Assembly (NCBI GenBank): GCA_949282205.1
Contig: CASDOS010000034.1
Span: 5,972 to 69,971, forward strand
From: an uncultured Alphaproteobacteria bacterium
Lineage (GTDB): Bacteria > Pseudomonadota > Alphaproteobacteria > RF32 > CAG-239
Reading direction: 5' to 3'
DNA length: 64,000 nucleotides
Position numbers and translations under genes: made by a program. The notes under the pieces were generated by a model, which searched no databases, was not told where the DNA came from, and was given only the letters and a program-made list of their open reading frames with translations. The stretch's first letter is position 1. Each line of letters opens with the position of its first letter. Shown here one piece after another: positions 19,727-29,057 of this stretch.

Positions 19727-19740
19727 TCGTGTCCGGGCCA

Positions 19741-20451
19741 ATGGAACAATTTGAAATCAAGAAACTAATACCGATAGAGATAGGCGGATATGATATTAGT
19801 TTCACTAATTCCTCGTTATGTATGGTTCTAGCAGCAACCTTAGTAGTTTCTATTTTCGCATTATGTCTGCGCAAAAGAACATTAGTTCCCGGAGTATATC
19901 AAAATATTCCAGAAAGTATTTACGAATTTATTTATAAAATAGTTTTGGATAATGTAGGGAAAGAAGGTGTAAAATATTTTTCTTTCATATTTACATTATC
20001 TCTTTTTATAGCATCAGGAAATATACTAGGCCTATTCCCATATAGTTTTACATTTACATCACATTTAGCAGCCGTAGGGGCATTATCAATATTTGCTTTA
20101 TTATTCAACATGATTGTTGGGATAAGAAAGAAAAAATGGGGATACTTAAGAACTTTTATGCCACGAGGGATACCATGGCCGCTAGCGCCGCTGATAATAC
20201 CGATAGAAACGATATCGTTATTATCAAAACCCTTTAGTCTAACGGTAAGATTAGTTGCAAATATGACGGTAGGACATATTATGTTAAAAATAATAGCCGG
20301 TTTTGTTGCAGCACTAGGTGTATGTGGTGTAGTTCCACTATTTTTTGATGGATGTATTATAGCGTTTGAGCTATTTATCGCAGTATTGCAGGCTTATATA
20401 TATACAATTTTATCTTGTATTTATTTGAGTGACGCGCTTCATTATCATTAA
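19741..20451 (+). CDS. atpB: F0F1 ATP synthase subunit a
   Basis: MEQFEIKKLIP N-terminus and the conserved Arg helix (FSLTVRLVANMTVGH). The start could also be GTG 19729. The track start at 19654 overlaps atpI and is rejected. Confidence 0.92.
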   Translation: MEQFEIKKLIPIEIGGYDISFTNSSLCMVLAATLVVSIFALCLRKRTLVPGVYQNIPESIYEFIYKIVLDNVGKEGVKYFSFIFTLSLFIASGNILGLFPYSFTFTSHLAAVGALSIFALLFNMIVGIRKKKWGYLRTFMPRGIPWPLAPLIIPIETISLLSKPFSLTVRLVANMTVGHIMLKIIAGFVAALGVCGVVPLFFDGCIIAFELFIAVLQAYIYTILSCIYLSDALHYH

Positions 20452-20473
20452 TTAATTTAGGAAAGGAAAAGAG

Positions 20474-20710
20474 ATGGAAAATATAATAGCATCAGATGCC
20501 GCAATGTATTTTGGGGCAGCATTGTGTACCATACCGATGGCCGCATCAGCCTGGGGGGTAGCAAAATTATGGATAACCATGATTGAAACAGTAGGACGTA
20601 ATCCTCAGGTAAAGAAAGATGTAGACACATACGGTTGGGCAGGATTCGCAGCCATTGAAGCGATTGCATTGTACTGCTTAGTAGTCGCATTAATAATGTT
20701 AAATAAATAA
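20474..20710 (+). CDS. atpE: F0F1 ATP synthase subunit c
   Basis: 78-aa hairpin protein with the RNPQ loop and the ion-binding Glu in FAAIEAIALYCLVVAL. In helix 1 the Gly motif reads AASAWGVA. Confidence 0.9.
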   Translation: MENIIASDAAMYFGAALCTIPMAASAWGVAKLWITMIETVGRNPQVKKDVDTYGWAGFAAIEAIALYCLVVALIMLNK

Positions 20711-20721
20711 AGGTAATAAAG

Positions 20722-21201
20722 ATGCCGCAGTTAGAGATATCGTCTTATATAACCCAGATATTTTGGGTAATAACAACATTTATCATATTTTGGATGATAA
20801 TGGATTATGTACTAATACCGAAAATATCCGAAACGATAGAGGCGAGAAAACGCAAATATGATGATTTCATAATGAAAGCCGAGGAAATAAATAAAAAAGC
20901 CTTAGCAACACTAGAGCGTTATGAAACCACTTTAGCTGCGGCAAAATTAAAAGCCTCAGAACAGATTAAGTCAAATGAAGACGCTCTTAAAATAATGATA
21001 GAAGAGCGTGAAGATGAAATAAACCAACAATTAAAAACCAAAATAGCGGAACATGAAGAAAAGTTGATAGCGGACAAAGCTGCAACACTATCAAAAATTG
21101 AAGAGTTATCAGAAATAGCCGCAGCAACAATAATTAAACAGTTAGATATTAAGACAATAACAGAAATAGATATTCAACAAGTTGCCAAACAGAAAGAGTA
21201 A
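20722..21201 (+). CDS. atpF2: F0F1 ATP synthase subunit b'
   Basis: 159 aa with one N-terminal TM followed by a long charged helix. It is the first of two b-type genes, which is the usual alphaproteobacterial arrangement. Confidence 0.85.
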   Translation: MPQLEISSYITQIFWVITTFIIFWMIMDYVLIPKISETIEARKRKYDDFIMKAEEINKKALATLERYETTLAAAKLKASEQIKSNEDALKIMIEEREDEINQQLKTKIAEHEEKLIADKAATLSKIEELSEIAAATIIKQLDIKTITEIDIQQVAKQKE

Positions 21202-21205
21202 GGTT

Positions 21206-21763
21206 ATGTCCCCCAGTATAAATCAGGAAGTATTAGCAACAATAAATATGCAAGAAATTCATACGGAAGTATTTTACCTAAGTGGAGAATTTTGGGTTGC
21301 CGTAGCATTTATTTTAGTAATGGCTGTTTTGCTAAAGCCTCTTATGAAAGCTGGAAAAAATCTCATAACCAAAAGGATTATAAGAATAAAAAGAGAACTT
21401 CAGGAAGCTGAAAATTTAAAACTTGAAGCTCAAAAATTATATGCGGAATATGAGCGAAAATTTTTAAATACGGACAAAGAAGTATCGGATATTATCAAAG
21501 AACAAGAAAATGCCATTGAGGAAACTAGAGAAAGAAAGATAAGAGAATTAAATTTATATTTGCAAAGAAAATCAAACGAAGTCGACAACAGAATAGAACA
21601 AGAGTTCGAGCAAGTTGGACAAGAAATAAATAATATGATTAGTAGCAGAACAGAAGAAATATTAATCTCCGTAATTAGCTCAAAATTAACCAAATCGGAT
21701 TATAATCACTTAATAGAAAGATCAATCACGCAAATAAAAAACGGTCTCTCAGCAAACAAATAA
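21206..21763 (+). CDS. atpF: F0F1 ATP synthase subunit b
   Basis: One N-terminal TM (FWVAVAFILVMAVLL) followed by a long charged helix. ATG 21206 lies just after the b' stop. Confidence 0.85.
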   Translation: MSPSINQEVLATINMQEIHTEVFYLSGEFWVAVAFILVMAVLLKPLMKAGKNLITKRIIRIKRELQEAENLKLEAQKLYAEYERKFLNTDKEVSDIIKEQENAIEETRERKIRELNLYLQRKSNEVDNRIEQEFEQVGQEINNMISSRTEEILISVISSKLTKSDYNHLIERSITQIKNGLSANK

Positions 21764-21779
21764 TACCTCGGAGATTTAA

Positions 21780-22727
21780 ATGGAGCTGTTACAATATAGT
21801 TTTTCTGATTTATATATAAATTCCAACAAAGATTTTTATATCTCGGATGAAAAATATGCAAATAGTTTAAAAAGAGTCGAACCAAGTGATAAAGAAGAAT
21901 TTTGTGAGCAACTTTTTTTAATAATGCATCAAACCAGCTCTTATTCAATGAATTACAAAGGAACATTTTTCCGCGTAGAAAATGTGCTGAGTGTAAATGG
22001 TGAGCTATATTGTTTAAGGCGAATGCCACTGACGATACCGAGCATACACAATTTAGGGTTTGATCATCGCTTTGTGCAATATATGCTTTCATTGTCAGCA
22101 CAAAGTGGGTTAATAATGTGGGGCGGAGCGACTGGATCAGGAAAGACAACATCAATATCAAGTTTATTAGCCGAATATTTAAATCTGGAAGGAGGATTTG
22201 CATATACGATTGAAGATCCTGCGGAAATGCCATTAGAAGGAGAATATCAATCTTTCAATGGTTCAATAGGTTTCTGCAAACAGACCGAAGTACAAAATGA
22301 TAACTGGAGGGATCCGTTAAAATCAGCACTTCGTTCAAAACCACGATATATATTGATTGGAGAGATTCGAACACCAGATGCCGCATGCGAGTGCTTACGA
22401 GCATCAATATCAGGCCACTTGGTTTTAACCACAATTCACGCCAGTTCAATAACAGATGCACTGAGTTCATTAGTGAAATATGCTAGTTTCAGTATGAGTG
22501 AAAGTTCCGCATTTGATATACTATCCAGAGGAATACTTTCAGTAGTTAAGCAAGATTTAGTCGGTACAGAAATACATAGAAAGCCAAAAATAGAAACATT
22601 ATTTGCTAATCCGGATTTAAATAAAGGTTGCTCAGTACGCTCCATTATTCGTAGCGGAAAACTAAATTTAGCAACATCAATAGAAATGCAAGCAGCAAGA
22701 ATGGCGCAATCACTTTCCATATTTTAA
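21780..22727 (+). CDS. PilT/DotB-like hexameric secretion ATPase
   Basis: 315 aa with Walker A GGATGSGKTT, Asp box TIEDPAE, Walker B YILIGEIR and His box GHLVLTTIHA. It has no N1 extension and no tetracysteine motif, which points to a PilT/DotB-type rather than a PilB/GspE-type enzyme. Confidence 0.85.
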   Translation: MELLQYSFSDLYINSNKDFYISDEKYANSLKRVEPSDKEEFCEQLFLIMHQTSSYSMNYKGTFFRVENVLSVNGELYCLRRMPLTIPSIHNLGFDHRFVQYMLSLSAQSGLIMWGGATGSGKTTSISSLLAEYLNLEGGFAYTIEDPAEMPLEGEYQSFNGSIGFCKQTEVQNDNWRDPLKSALRSKPRYILIGEIRTPDAACECLRASISGHLVLTTIHASSITDALSSLVKYASFSMSESSAFDILSRGILSVVKQDLVGTEIHRKPKIETLFANPDLNKGCSVRSIIRSGKLNLATSIEMQAARMAQSLSIF

Positions 22728-22752
22728 AAAGAAAAACGAAATATATTGACAG

Positions 22753-23421
22753 CTATTTTAACGACCAAATAAGAATATTATTACGTTGAGAACAAAAATT
22801 TTTGCTGGAGTATTTTTCAACCGGAAGACGATTTTCCCCTCCCCATGTATAAACAAAATCTCCATTAGCATTGTGAATAGTAATTTTATCTAAGACCAAC
22901 AATTGAGATTTAGTAAGTTGAGCTTCTGCATAGGACAAACATTGCGCTTTATTAAGATTAGGCATAACAATATCAAAAGTAACAGAGCGAGGAGAAACAG
23001 GAGCAGCCTCATAACCTTCACCTAAAAGAATATAAATATCATTTTTAAGTAAAATATTTTCATCTTTTACATATTGCAACGGAACAACGTTATCCTTTAA
23101 CAATGTATCAGTAGAAAGTTTCCAATAATCAGGCTTATCAGCATAATAACCCCTGGTATGTTCAGCAATTTGAAAAATAGCATCTATATTATATGAGAGA
23201 GCACGACGAGATGAAGCACAAGAATAAGCAAGAACAGTAATCAACAAAAAGGGAACAGAAAGTTTAATAATCACATTTTTGTTCTGAACAATAAAATCTA
23301 AGCCACAAAGAAAACAGTCACGCAAATCGGAAGAATGTACGTTTAAAAGCATTTCTTTATATGAAGTAAGTAAACTCCGCAATTTAAGATAAAAGGGTGA
23401 AAATTTTTCGAGCATACCCAT
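22753..23421 (-). CDS. hypothetical protein in the pilS (pilin) position of the type IVb pilus cluster
   Basis: 222 aa, translationally coupled to pilR (1-nt overlap). It has one hydrophobic helix (IIKLSVPFLLITVLAYS) after a ~45-aa leader and two C-terminal Cys residues. There is no canonical G/xxxxE prepilin site. Confidence 0.45.
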   Translation of the reverse strand: MGMLEKFSPFYLKLRSLLTSYKEMLLNVHSSDLRDCFLCGLDFIVQNKNVIIKLSVPFLLITVLAYSCASSRRALSYNIDAIFQIAEHTRGYYADKPDYWKLSTDTLLKDNVVPLQYVKDENILLKNDIYILLGEGYEAAPVSPRSVTFDIVMPNLNKAQCLSYAEAQLTKSQLLVLDKITIHNANGDFVYTWGGENRLPVEKYSSKNFCSQRNNILIWSLK

Positions 23422-24542
23422 TACCCCATCGCACTAGTAATCTGATCTTGCATTTCAAATACGCCGAACACAGCCCATGCGATAATACCGGAAATAGCAA
23501 ACATTGCAAACATGTTCAAAATAGAAGCTTTTTGTTCAACAGCTTCAGCAGACTCATCAAGCCAATCGTTAGCAAGCCGGTCGAGAGCTTCTTCAAAGTT
23601 ATCAAGTTCAGCGTAAATACGCAAATCAGCAACAATATCTTTATCAGGAAAATTCAATTTCGTTTTAGAAAGCGCCTCACCCAAGTTATCACCATTTTTA
23701 ATAAAATCCATAGCTCTATCGATACGCTCTTGTAAATATCTATTAGAATCTTTTCTCAAGGAGGTCAAAGCGACGGAAATAGGTACACCACCTTTTATCA
23801 AAGCGGACAAAGAAAGCAACCAAGTAATACCCATAAACATTTTATACAATGACCACGGCGGACAGTCATCAATAGCTTTTCTTGTAGGACCTGTCCAAAT
23901 ACCGATTGTAGCATAAATAAGCAAAAATAATGCTGGAAAAAAAGCAAAAGCAAGCAACCAGTTTTTCTGAATCCACAACGAAACAGCCACTAAGTCTTTT
24001 GCGGTACCAGACCAACGAGCATTAGGTGCAGCGTCCATCATAGGAGGCACCATATATGCACCAATAGCATAAATAACCAAAACAGACATTAAAAGCAAGA
24101 AAGACGGATAAGCAATAGCACCGATAATTGGTTTCAACATTTTATCAGTACCTTCTGCTACACGAATTAAGTTCATTAAAGCACTTTCCAAGTCAGACAT
24201 ATCACCAACAGAAAGCATCAGTCTTTCACGGCTGGGAGCCCAGCCTTTCAATGCATCAGAAAAAGCATAACCATTTTGCAGGGATTTTCCCCAAGAGGCA
24301 ATGGCAATAGCCATAGGCTCGCTCGGGTGTTTACCGTTATCTGTAATACTATCGTACATAATATCTAAAGCGTTCATCAACGAAAAACGGTTTCTTAGCA
24401 ATGAAGCTAATTTTTTATAAACCTTAAGGCGAGCCTTACCAGCCATTCCAATACGAAATTGGGCAAAAGAAACTTCCAATGAGCCTAAAGACTTCATTGC
24501 TTTATTAAAGGCACCGGTATTCGTCTCTTCTTTTTTGGCCAT
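23421..24542 (-). CDS. pilR: type IVb pilus platform protein (GspF/PilC family; R64 PilR-like)
   Basis: Two GspF-type repeats, each followed by TM helices. The start is taken at MAKKEE (24542), preceded by GGAGG. Confidence 0.85.
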   Translation of the reverse strand: MAKKEETNTGAFNKAMKSLGSLEVSFAQFRIGMAGKARLKVYKKLASLLRNRFSLMNALDIMYDSITDNGKHPSEPMAIAIASWGKSLQNGYAFSDALKGWAPSRERLMLSVGDMSDLESALMNLIRVAEGTDKMLKPIIGAIAYPSFLLLMSVLVIYAIGAYMVPPMMDAAPNARWSGTAKDLVAVSLWIQKNWLLAFAFFPALFLLIYATIGIWTGPTRKAIDDCPPWSLYKMFMGITWLLSLSALIKGGVPISVALTSLRKDSNRYLQERIDRAMDFIKNGDNLGEALSKTKLNFPDKDIVADLRIYAELDNFEEALDRLANDWLDESAEAVEQKASILNMFAMFAISGIIAWAVFGVFEMQDQITSAMG

Positions 24543-24557
24543 ACTAACCTCCAAGCA

Positions 24558-26222
24558 CTAGTATACAGGACGTTGGTCAATCAAACCGCACCAACGCTCA
24601 ACTTCGTCCATATCAATTTGCCCTTTAATCATACGCTCAATAGCAGCATCTTTTAACGGACGTCCATTTAATTCACTAACCCAATAGTCAATAGCTTTTG
24701 CTGTTTCGTTATCAATCATTAGACGCAAAAAGCGAGAATCAGGTAAAATAATTTCATCAACAGCCATTCTTCCCTTAAAACCTTTATATCCGCATGCTTT
24801 ACACCCCGGGCCGCTGACATAAACATTTTCAATGCCGTAATCACCCAACGCATTACGCAAACGATCAAATTCAGGGGAACCTTCCTTCGTTTTAATAGAC
24901 TGTCTGCAATTAGGGCATAATTTTCTAAACAGACGTTGAGAAACAAGTCCTTTAACTAATTCAGGGTCATTAAGCAAATAAGGTTGAATACCCATATCCC
25001 GCAAACGAGTAACAATAGCCGGCGCCGAGTTTGCGTGTAAAGTCGTCCAAACACCGTGACCGGACAAAGCACCTTTAAATGTCAATTCAGCAGTAGACAG
25101 CGAACGCGTTTCACCAACAAGAATAACATCAGGGTCAGAACGGAGTGCAGCTGACAATGCTTTAGTAAATTGTTCATTTTTTTCTTCTTCTGTATTAGCG
25201 TTAGTAACAGGCATTTGTCGAGCGCCGGGAATAGGATACTCCGGAGGGTCTTCCACGGTCAATAAGTTAATTTGATAATTTTTTTCTTGCAGTAATTTAA
25301 TCATATTACGTTGTAACGTTGTAGATTTACCCGAACCTGTAGGACCAGCAACAACGTTCAATCCAACGGCCATACTTCTCATTTTATAAAAAAGATCTTC
25401 TTCATATTTACCCAAGCCCAAAGAGCGCAAATCAGAGCTACCTTCTGGATTATCATCAGCATACAAAAGACGCATAACCAGATATTGGGAACCAAATGCG
25501 ATAGGGTTAAACTGAAGACGAATAGCCAAAACATTATGAGGAAGCATCAATTTACCTTTAGAACCACGCAAAGGCGTAGAGCCTAATTTCTGAGCCCCTT
25601 GAAATTCATTCTGAGAATAGTTCGAGTCTGAAATATCAGCGGACGCAAAAACTGAACGAACAAATGCTTCTCCCCATTCTCCGCCATATTCATTTTGTTT
25701 AACCATAATACCATTTTCGCGAAACAGTACGGTAGAAGACGAACCAACAATAATATGGACGTCGGAAACTTTTTTCTGCGAAGCACGTTGAATAATATTA
25801 ATAAAGTCGATTTGCATCTGCATATCTTCAGCTTCTTCGGCAGATACATCAACTGTACCGGCACCACGTTCGGCATAAGCATAAATAGCAGATATTTCAT
25901 TAAGTGTAACATAACGAGGTGCTTTAATAGGAATTTTTCTTCTTTTAACATTTGCCTCAAAGTTATAAACAGCGCCGTCAAATCTATTATCTTTAGAAAC
26001 GAGATACGTTCCATCTGAAAACAGAGCCAACAAGCGTCTTGTTTCATTAGAGATAGCAAAATCCGAGCCATTAACAGTCAACAACTTATTACCATTGGCA
26101 AAAAGCTGATCAAACAAATTGACTTTTTTAGGCTGTTCGCCACCAGCATCTTCATCTTCAAAATTAGAAGACGGATTAGCCTGTCCGTTAACTGTACTAT
26201 CTTTTTTTAACTCTTCAGCCAT
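24558..26222 (-). CDS. pilQ: type IVb pilus assembly ATPase (GspE/PilB family; R64 PilQ-like)
   Basis: Walker A GPTGSGKSTT, Asp box VEDPPEYP, Walker B ILVGETR, His box GHGVWTTLHANSA, and the tetracysteine CPNC...CKAC. Confidence 0.92.
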   Translation of the reverse strand: MAEELKKDSTVNGQANPSSNFEDEDAGGEQPKKVNLFDQLFANGNKLLTVNGSDFAISNETRRLLALFSDGTYLVSKDNRFDGAVYNFEANVKRRKIPIKAPRYVTLNEISAIYAYAERGAGTVDVSAEEAEDMQMQIDFINIIQRASQKKVSDVHIIVGSSSTVLFRENGIMVKQNEYGGEWGEAFVRSVFASADISDSNYSQNEFQGAQKLGSTPLRGSKGKLMLPHNVLAIRLQFNPIAFGSQYLVMRLLYADDNPEGSSDLRSLGLGKYEEDLFYKMRSMAVGLNVVAGPTGSGKSTTLQRNMIKLLQEKNYQINLLTVEDPPEYPIPGARQMPVTNANTEEEKNEQFTKALSAALRSDPDVILVGETRSLSTAELTFKGALSGHGVWTTLHANSAPAIVTRLRDMGIQPYLLNDPELVKGLVSQRLFRKLCPNCRQSIKTKEGSPEFDRLRNALGDYGIENVYVSGPGCKACGYKGFKGRMAVDEIILPDSRFLRLMIDNETAKAIDYWVSELNGRPLKDAAIERMIKGQIDMDEVERWCGLIDQRPVY

Positions 26223-26260
26223 ACTTTACACCCGTAAACAGCAATTAAAATAGAAATGAA

Positions 26261-27781
26261 TTATTTTTTCTTCTTCTCATCAAGAAGTCCAAGAGTAGGA
26301 ACGTAGCCATCAATAGATCTTCCTACATAAAGATAATCGTCACTACCATCCCTACTAAATTTAGCATAATCAGATCCAATTTCACTAAGAATGTGTCCGC
26401 TAGGCAAAGGAGAACCAACTTTCAAAGATAAAGGTTGTCCATTTATATCAATAACATCGACAGACATATTTCCGGCTCTTCCGGTAATACCCAAGATAGC
26501 ATATTGAGCACTCAATTTTTCAGGAACAACTTCTTCTTCAACTTCTTCAGCACTATCAATTTGTGCGGTAGCTATTTCATTCGTAGCGGATACTGCGGCA
26601 GCTGAAGCATTTTTACTCTTCAACTCTTCTATAGATTGAGAAGTCAAATACATATTATTTTTAGCATTTTTTATAATTTGAGCATCTGCCTCAACTCTTT
26701 TACGAAGTTGCTCATTTCTAGCCTTTAAGTTTTTGACAATTCTCTCAAAATTAGCACGAGCAGCTTCAGCCACTTGTATATTTTTAGCAGAGGCATCTAA
26801 GACTTTATTAATACGTTCTTTAAATAACTCAATAAGTTCTTTTTTCTCAATTTCGAGTGCGGAGATTTGCGCATAAAGATTTTCTTTTTCCTTCAACCAC
26901 TCTTGTTGATTAACAAGCATTTGGTTCATATAGGCATTAAGAAGTTTTCTTTGTTTTAGCACTTCAAAAATTTTCTCTTTATCTAGAAGTTCCTGCTTTT
27001 CCTGTAAAACCTGAGCCTCTATTTTCTTTTTACGTTCCAAATCTTGCAATTTCTGTTCTTCTTTCAATCTAGCCTGATCATCAATATTTTTTTGCCGAAT
27101 AGCTTTTTGAGCTTCTATTTCATTACGAATTTTTTCCCGACGCAATTCCAAAGTAAGCAAAGTTGTACTTTTTTCGATTTCAGACATTTGAGAAAACAAA
27201 TCACTATCCATCTGTGATAAAATACTATTTCCGAGAGCCTCGACAGGATTCGCTTTATATTGAATATCTTTAGGCAAATCTGCATCATTAATAGCTGAAG
27301 CAGTCGTAGTTGAAGAAGGCGCGTTAGTATTAGGCTGTTGAGATGCAGAGGAATTTAGATTTTTCATTTTTAAATCAAAATTAAAATCATCACCGGCTGA
27401 AGATTGAGGAAGTGGTGCTTTTTGTGCAGGATTCTGAACTTGTTGAGAATTAGAAGAAGGAAGTCCCACAGAATTATTTCCTTGAGCAACATTTGGAACA
27501 GAGGCATTAGAAAGCACTTGTCCTGTAGCATTCACATTTGCAGAGTTCTGCGCAGGAGCAACAGGAGCTACAGTTGGTGCGACAGCCTTAGCCTGAGATG
27601 GAGAAACTAAAGCATTAGCGTTTTGACTAACATTTGCAGCATTAGCAGGTTGAGAAGCAACATTTAGAGATAAGTTAGCTGCATTTGCTGAAGCATCAGC
27701 CACACTAACAGCATAAGCATTAGCAACATTAACAACAAACGCAGATATAATTAATCCATAAAATTTATTTCTACTGAACAT
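26261..27781 (-). CDS. pilP: PilP-like pilus biogenesis protein with a large coiled-coil insertion
   Basis: Signal peptide (MFSRNKFYGLIISAFVVNVANAYA), an A/N/Q/S-rich low-complexity region, about 250 aa of heptad-like charged sequence, and a C-terminal PilP-like beta domain (YAILGITGRAGNMSVDVIDINGQPLSLKVGSPLPSGHILSEI). It sits between pilO and pilQ. Confidence 0.6.
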   Translation of the reverse strand: MFSRNKFYGLIISAFVVNVANAYAVSVADASANAANLSLNVASQPANAANVSQNANALVSPSQAKAVAPTVAPVAPAQNSANVNATGQVLSNASVPNVAQGNNSVGLPSSNSQQVQNPAQKAPLPQSSAGDDFNFDLKMKNLNSSASQQPNTNAPSSTTTASAINDADLPKDIQYKANPVEALGNSILSQMDSDLFSQMSEIEKSTTLLTLELRREKIRNEIEAQKAIRQKNIDDQARLKEEQKLQDLERKKKIEAQVLQEKQELLDKEKIFEVLKQRKLLNAYMNQMLVNQQEWLKEKENLYAQISALEIEKKELIELFKERINKVLDASAKNIQVAEAARANFERIVKNLKARNEQLRKRVEADAQIIKNAKNNMYLTSQSIEELKSKNASAAAVSATNEIATAQIDSAEEVEEEVVPEKLSAQYAILGITGRAGNMSVDVIDINGQPLSLKVGSPLPSGHILSEIGSDYAKFSRDGSDDYLYVGRSIDGYVPTLGLLDEKKKK

Positions 27782-29048
27782 AAATTGTCCCCTCATAATT
27801 CCATACGCCACCATTATAACGTATATTATTAATCTTAAGTCCTGAAAATTTTGTTAACATTGGTTTCCAAATTTCAGGATCGTATCTTGAATTGATTTTA
27901 AAATTCAACGCCTCATAAACTTTATTTCCCGCTTTGACTTTACCATTAGACAAAGAGATAGACATATTAAGTGTCTGAAATAAATCATTAATCATATTTC
28001 GTAATTCAGACATTGTTTTAGTAGGAATAGAATTAACCTTTTTAACAGACTGAAACGGTATAGAAACAGTAACAGATATTCCCCGGTCATCAACAGTTTT
28101 ATTAGTAAAAGACATCCCCGAATAAGTCAAAGCCATTTCAATCCAAGACAAACGTCCGAACTCTCTTCTCCAAGAAGTAACAACCCCTGATGCAGAACAA
28201 GTTATACCGCCATTTTTCCAGCCAGGAGTAGTGATTGCCGCCAAAGATTGCATTGTCGTCCTACAATTATCAAGTAGCCAATTAGTTTCGACCATAGATT
28301 CCCACGGAGCGGGAACTATTTTTTCAACCTCTTTAACAACTTTCTTTTTAGCTCTACGAGTAACAACTTTATTTTCCTGCGTTTTAGTAGCAAAAAAAGT
28401 ATTAGCTATAAACATAACCATCCAAGCGCCGGCAGCAATAGAGAGAACCACAACGATAGCTAACTCAGCCCCACGAAGAGCATTAATTTTCTCTAATTGA
28501 ACATCAAGTCCCTGAGCAAAGATTTCCGAAATATCTTTTTGTTCAGTATCGTCAATCCCCCATTCTTGCGGAGCAATTTTTCTAGACCAATCCGGAACAG
28601 ACAGCATAGACATAAATTGTTCTCTAGCATCTTCTTCTCTAACAAAGAGAACATCACCATCAGATAAAATAACATCATTTCTGACACAAAGATACCAATA
28701 ACCCGCATCAACTTTAAAAACAGCCAACAACGAAGACGCATCACTCATTGCCGTTACAGCAGTAACCGCAGCGACATTCATACCTTTTTTAAAGCCCTGA
28801 GAAGAAACAGCCAGACCAAGCTGAGGAGATTTACCATGTTTTACACAAAATAAATCAGCTCCGACCAGAACGTTTTCAGCAGCTTCTTTCGCATCTAAAA
28901 ATGGGGCATCGACATTCTGCAAACTTTCCCAAAAGATACTTGCAGCATATTGCACCCCATCAACAGTAAAGCTAGAGGCCCATTCTTTACTGTTTTCGCG
29001 GGAAGGCTCATCTAAAACCTCTAAATCTTTGTCATCTTCTTCAGCCAC
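27771..29048 (-). CDS. pilO: PilO-like pilin accessory protein (R64/PAPI-1 PilO2 type)
   Basis: 425 aa, the R64 PilO size class. It has an N-terminal cytoplasmic domain, a single central TM (LAIVVVLSIAAGAWMVMFIANTFF) and a C-terminal periplasmic domain. It sits between the secretin and pilP. Confidence 0.6.
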   Translation of the reverse strand: MAEEDDKDLEVLDEPSRENSKEWASSFTVDGVQYAASIFWESLQNVDAPFLDAKEAAENVLVGADLFCVKHGKSPQLGLAVSSQGFKKGMNVAAVTAVTAMSDASSLLAVFKVDAGYWYLCVRNDVILSDGDVLFVREEDAREQFMSMLSVPDWSRKIAPQEWGIDDTEQKDISEIFAQGLDVQLEKINALRGAELAIVVVLSIAAGAWMVMFIANTFFATKTQENKVVTRRAKKKVVKEVEKIVPAPWESMVETNWLLDNCRTTMQSLAAITTPGWKNGGITCSASGVVTSWRREFGRLSWIEMALTYSGMSFTNKTVDDRGISVTVSIPFQSVKKVNSIPTKTMSELRNMINDLFQTLNMSISLSNGKVKAGNKVYEALNFKINSRYDPEIWKPMLTKFSGLKINNIRYNGGVWNYEGTIYVQ

Positions 29049-29057
29049 TGTCTACTC

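Noticed and set aside
19654-19740. N-terminal extension of atpB overlapping atpI, and likewise 16931-17131 and 1580-1624
   Set aside because: These extensions overlap upstream or antisense genes and add non-homologous residues. Internal starts with better context give canonical N-termini.
21706-22233. 175-aa minus-strand ORF spanning the atpF end and the PilT-like gene start
   Set aside because: It is antisense to two well-supported genes and has no recognisable motifs.
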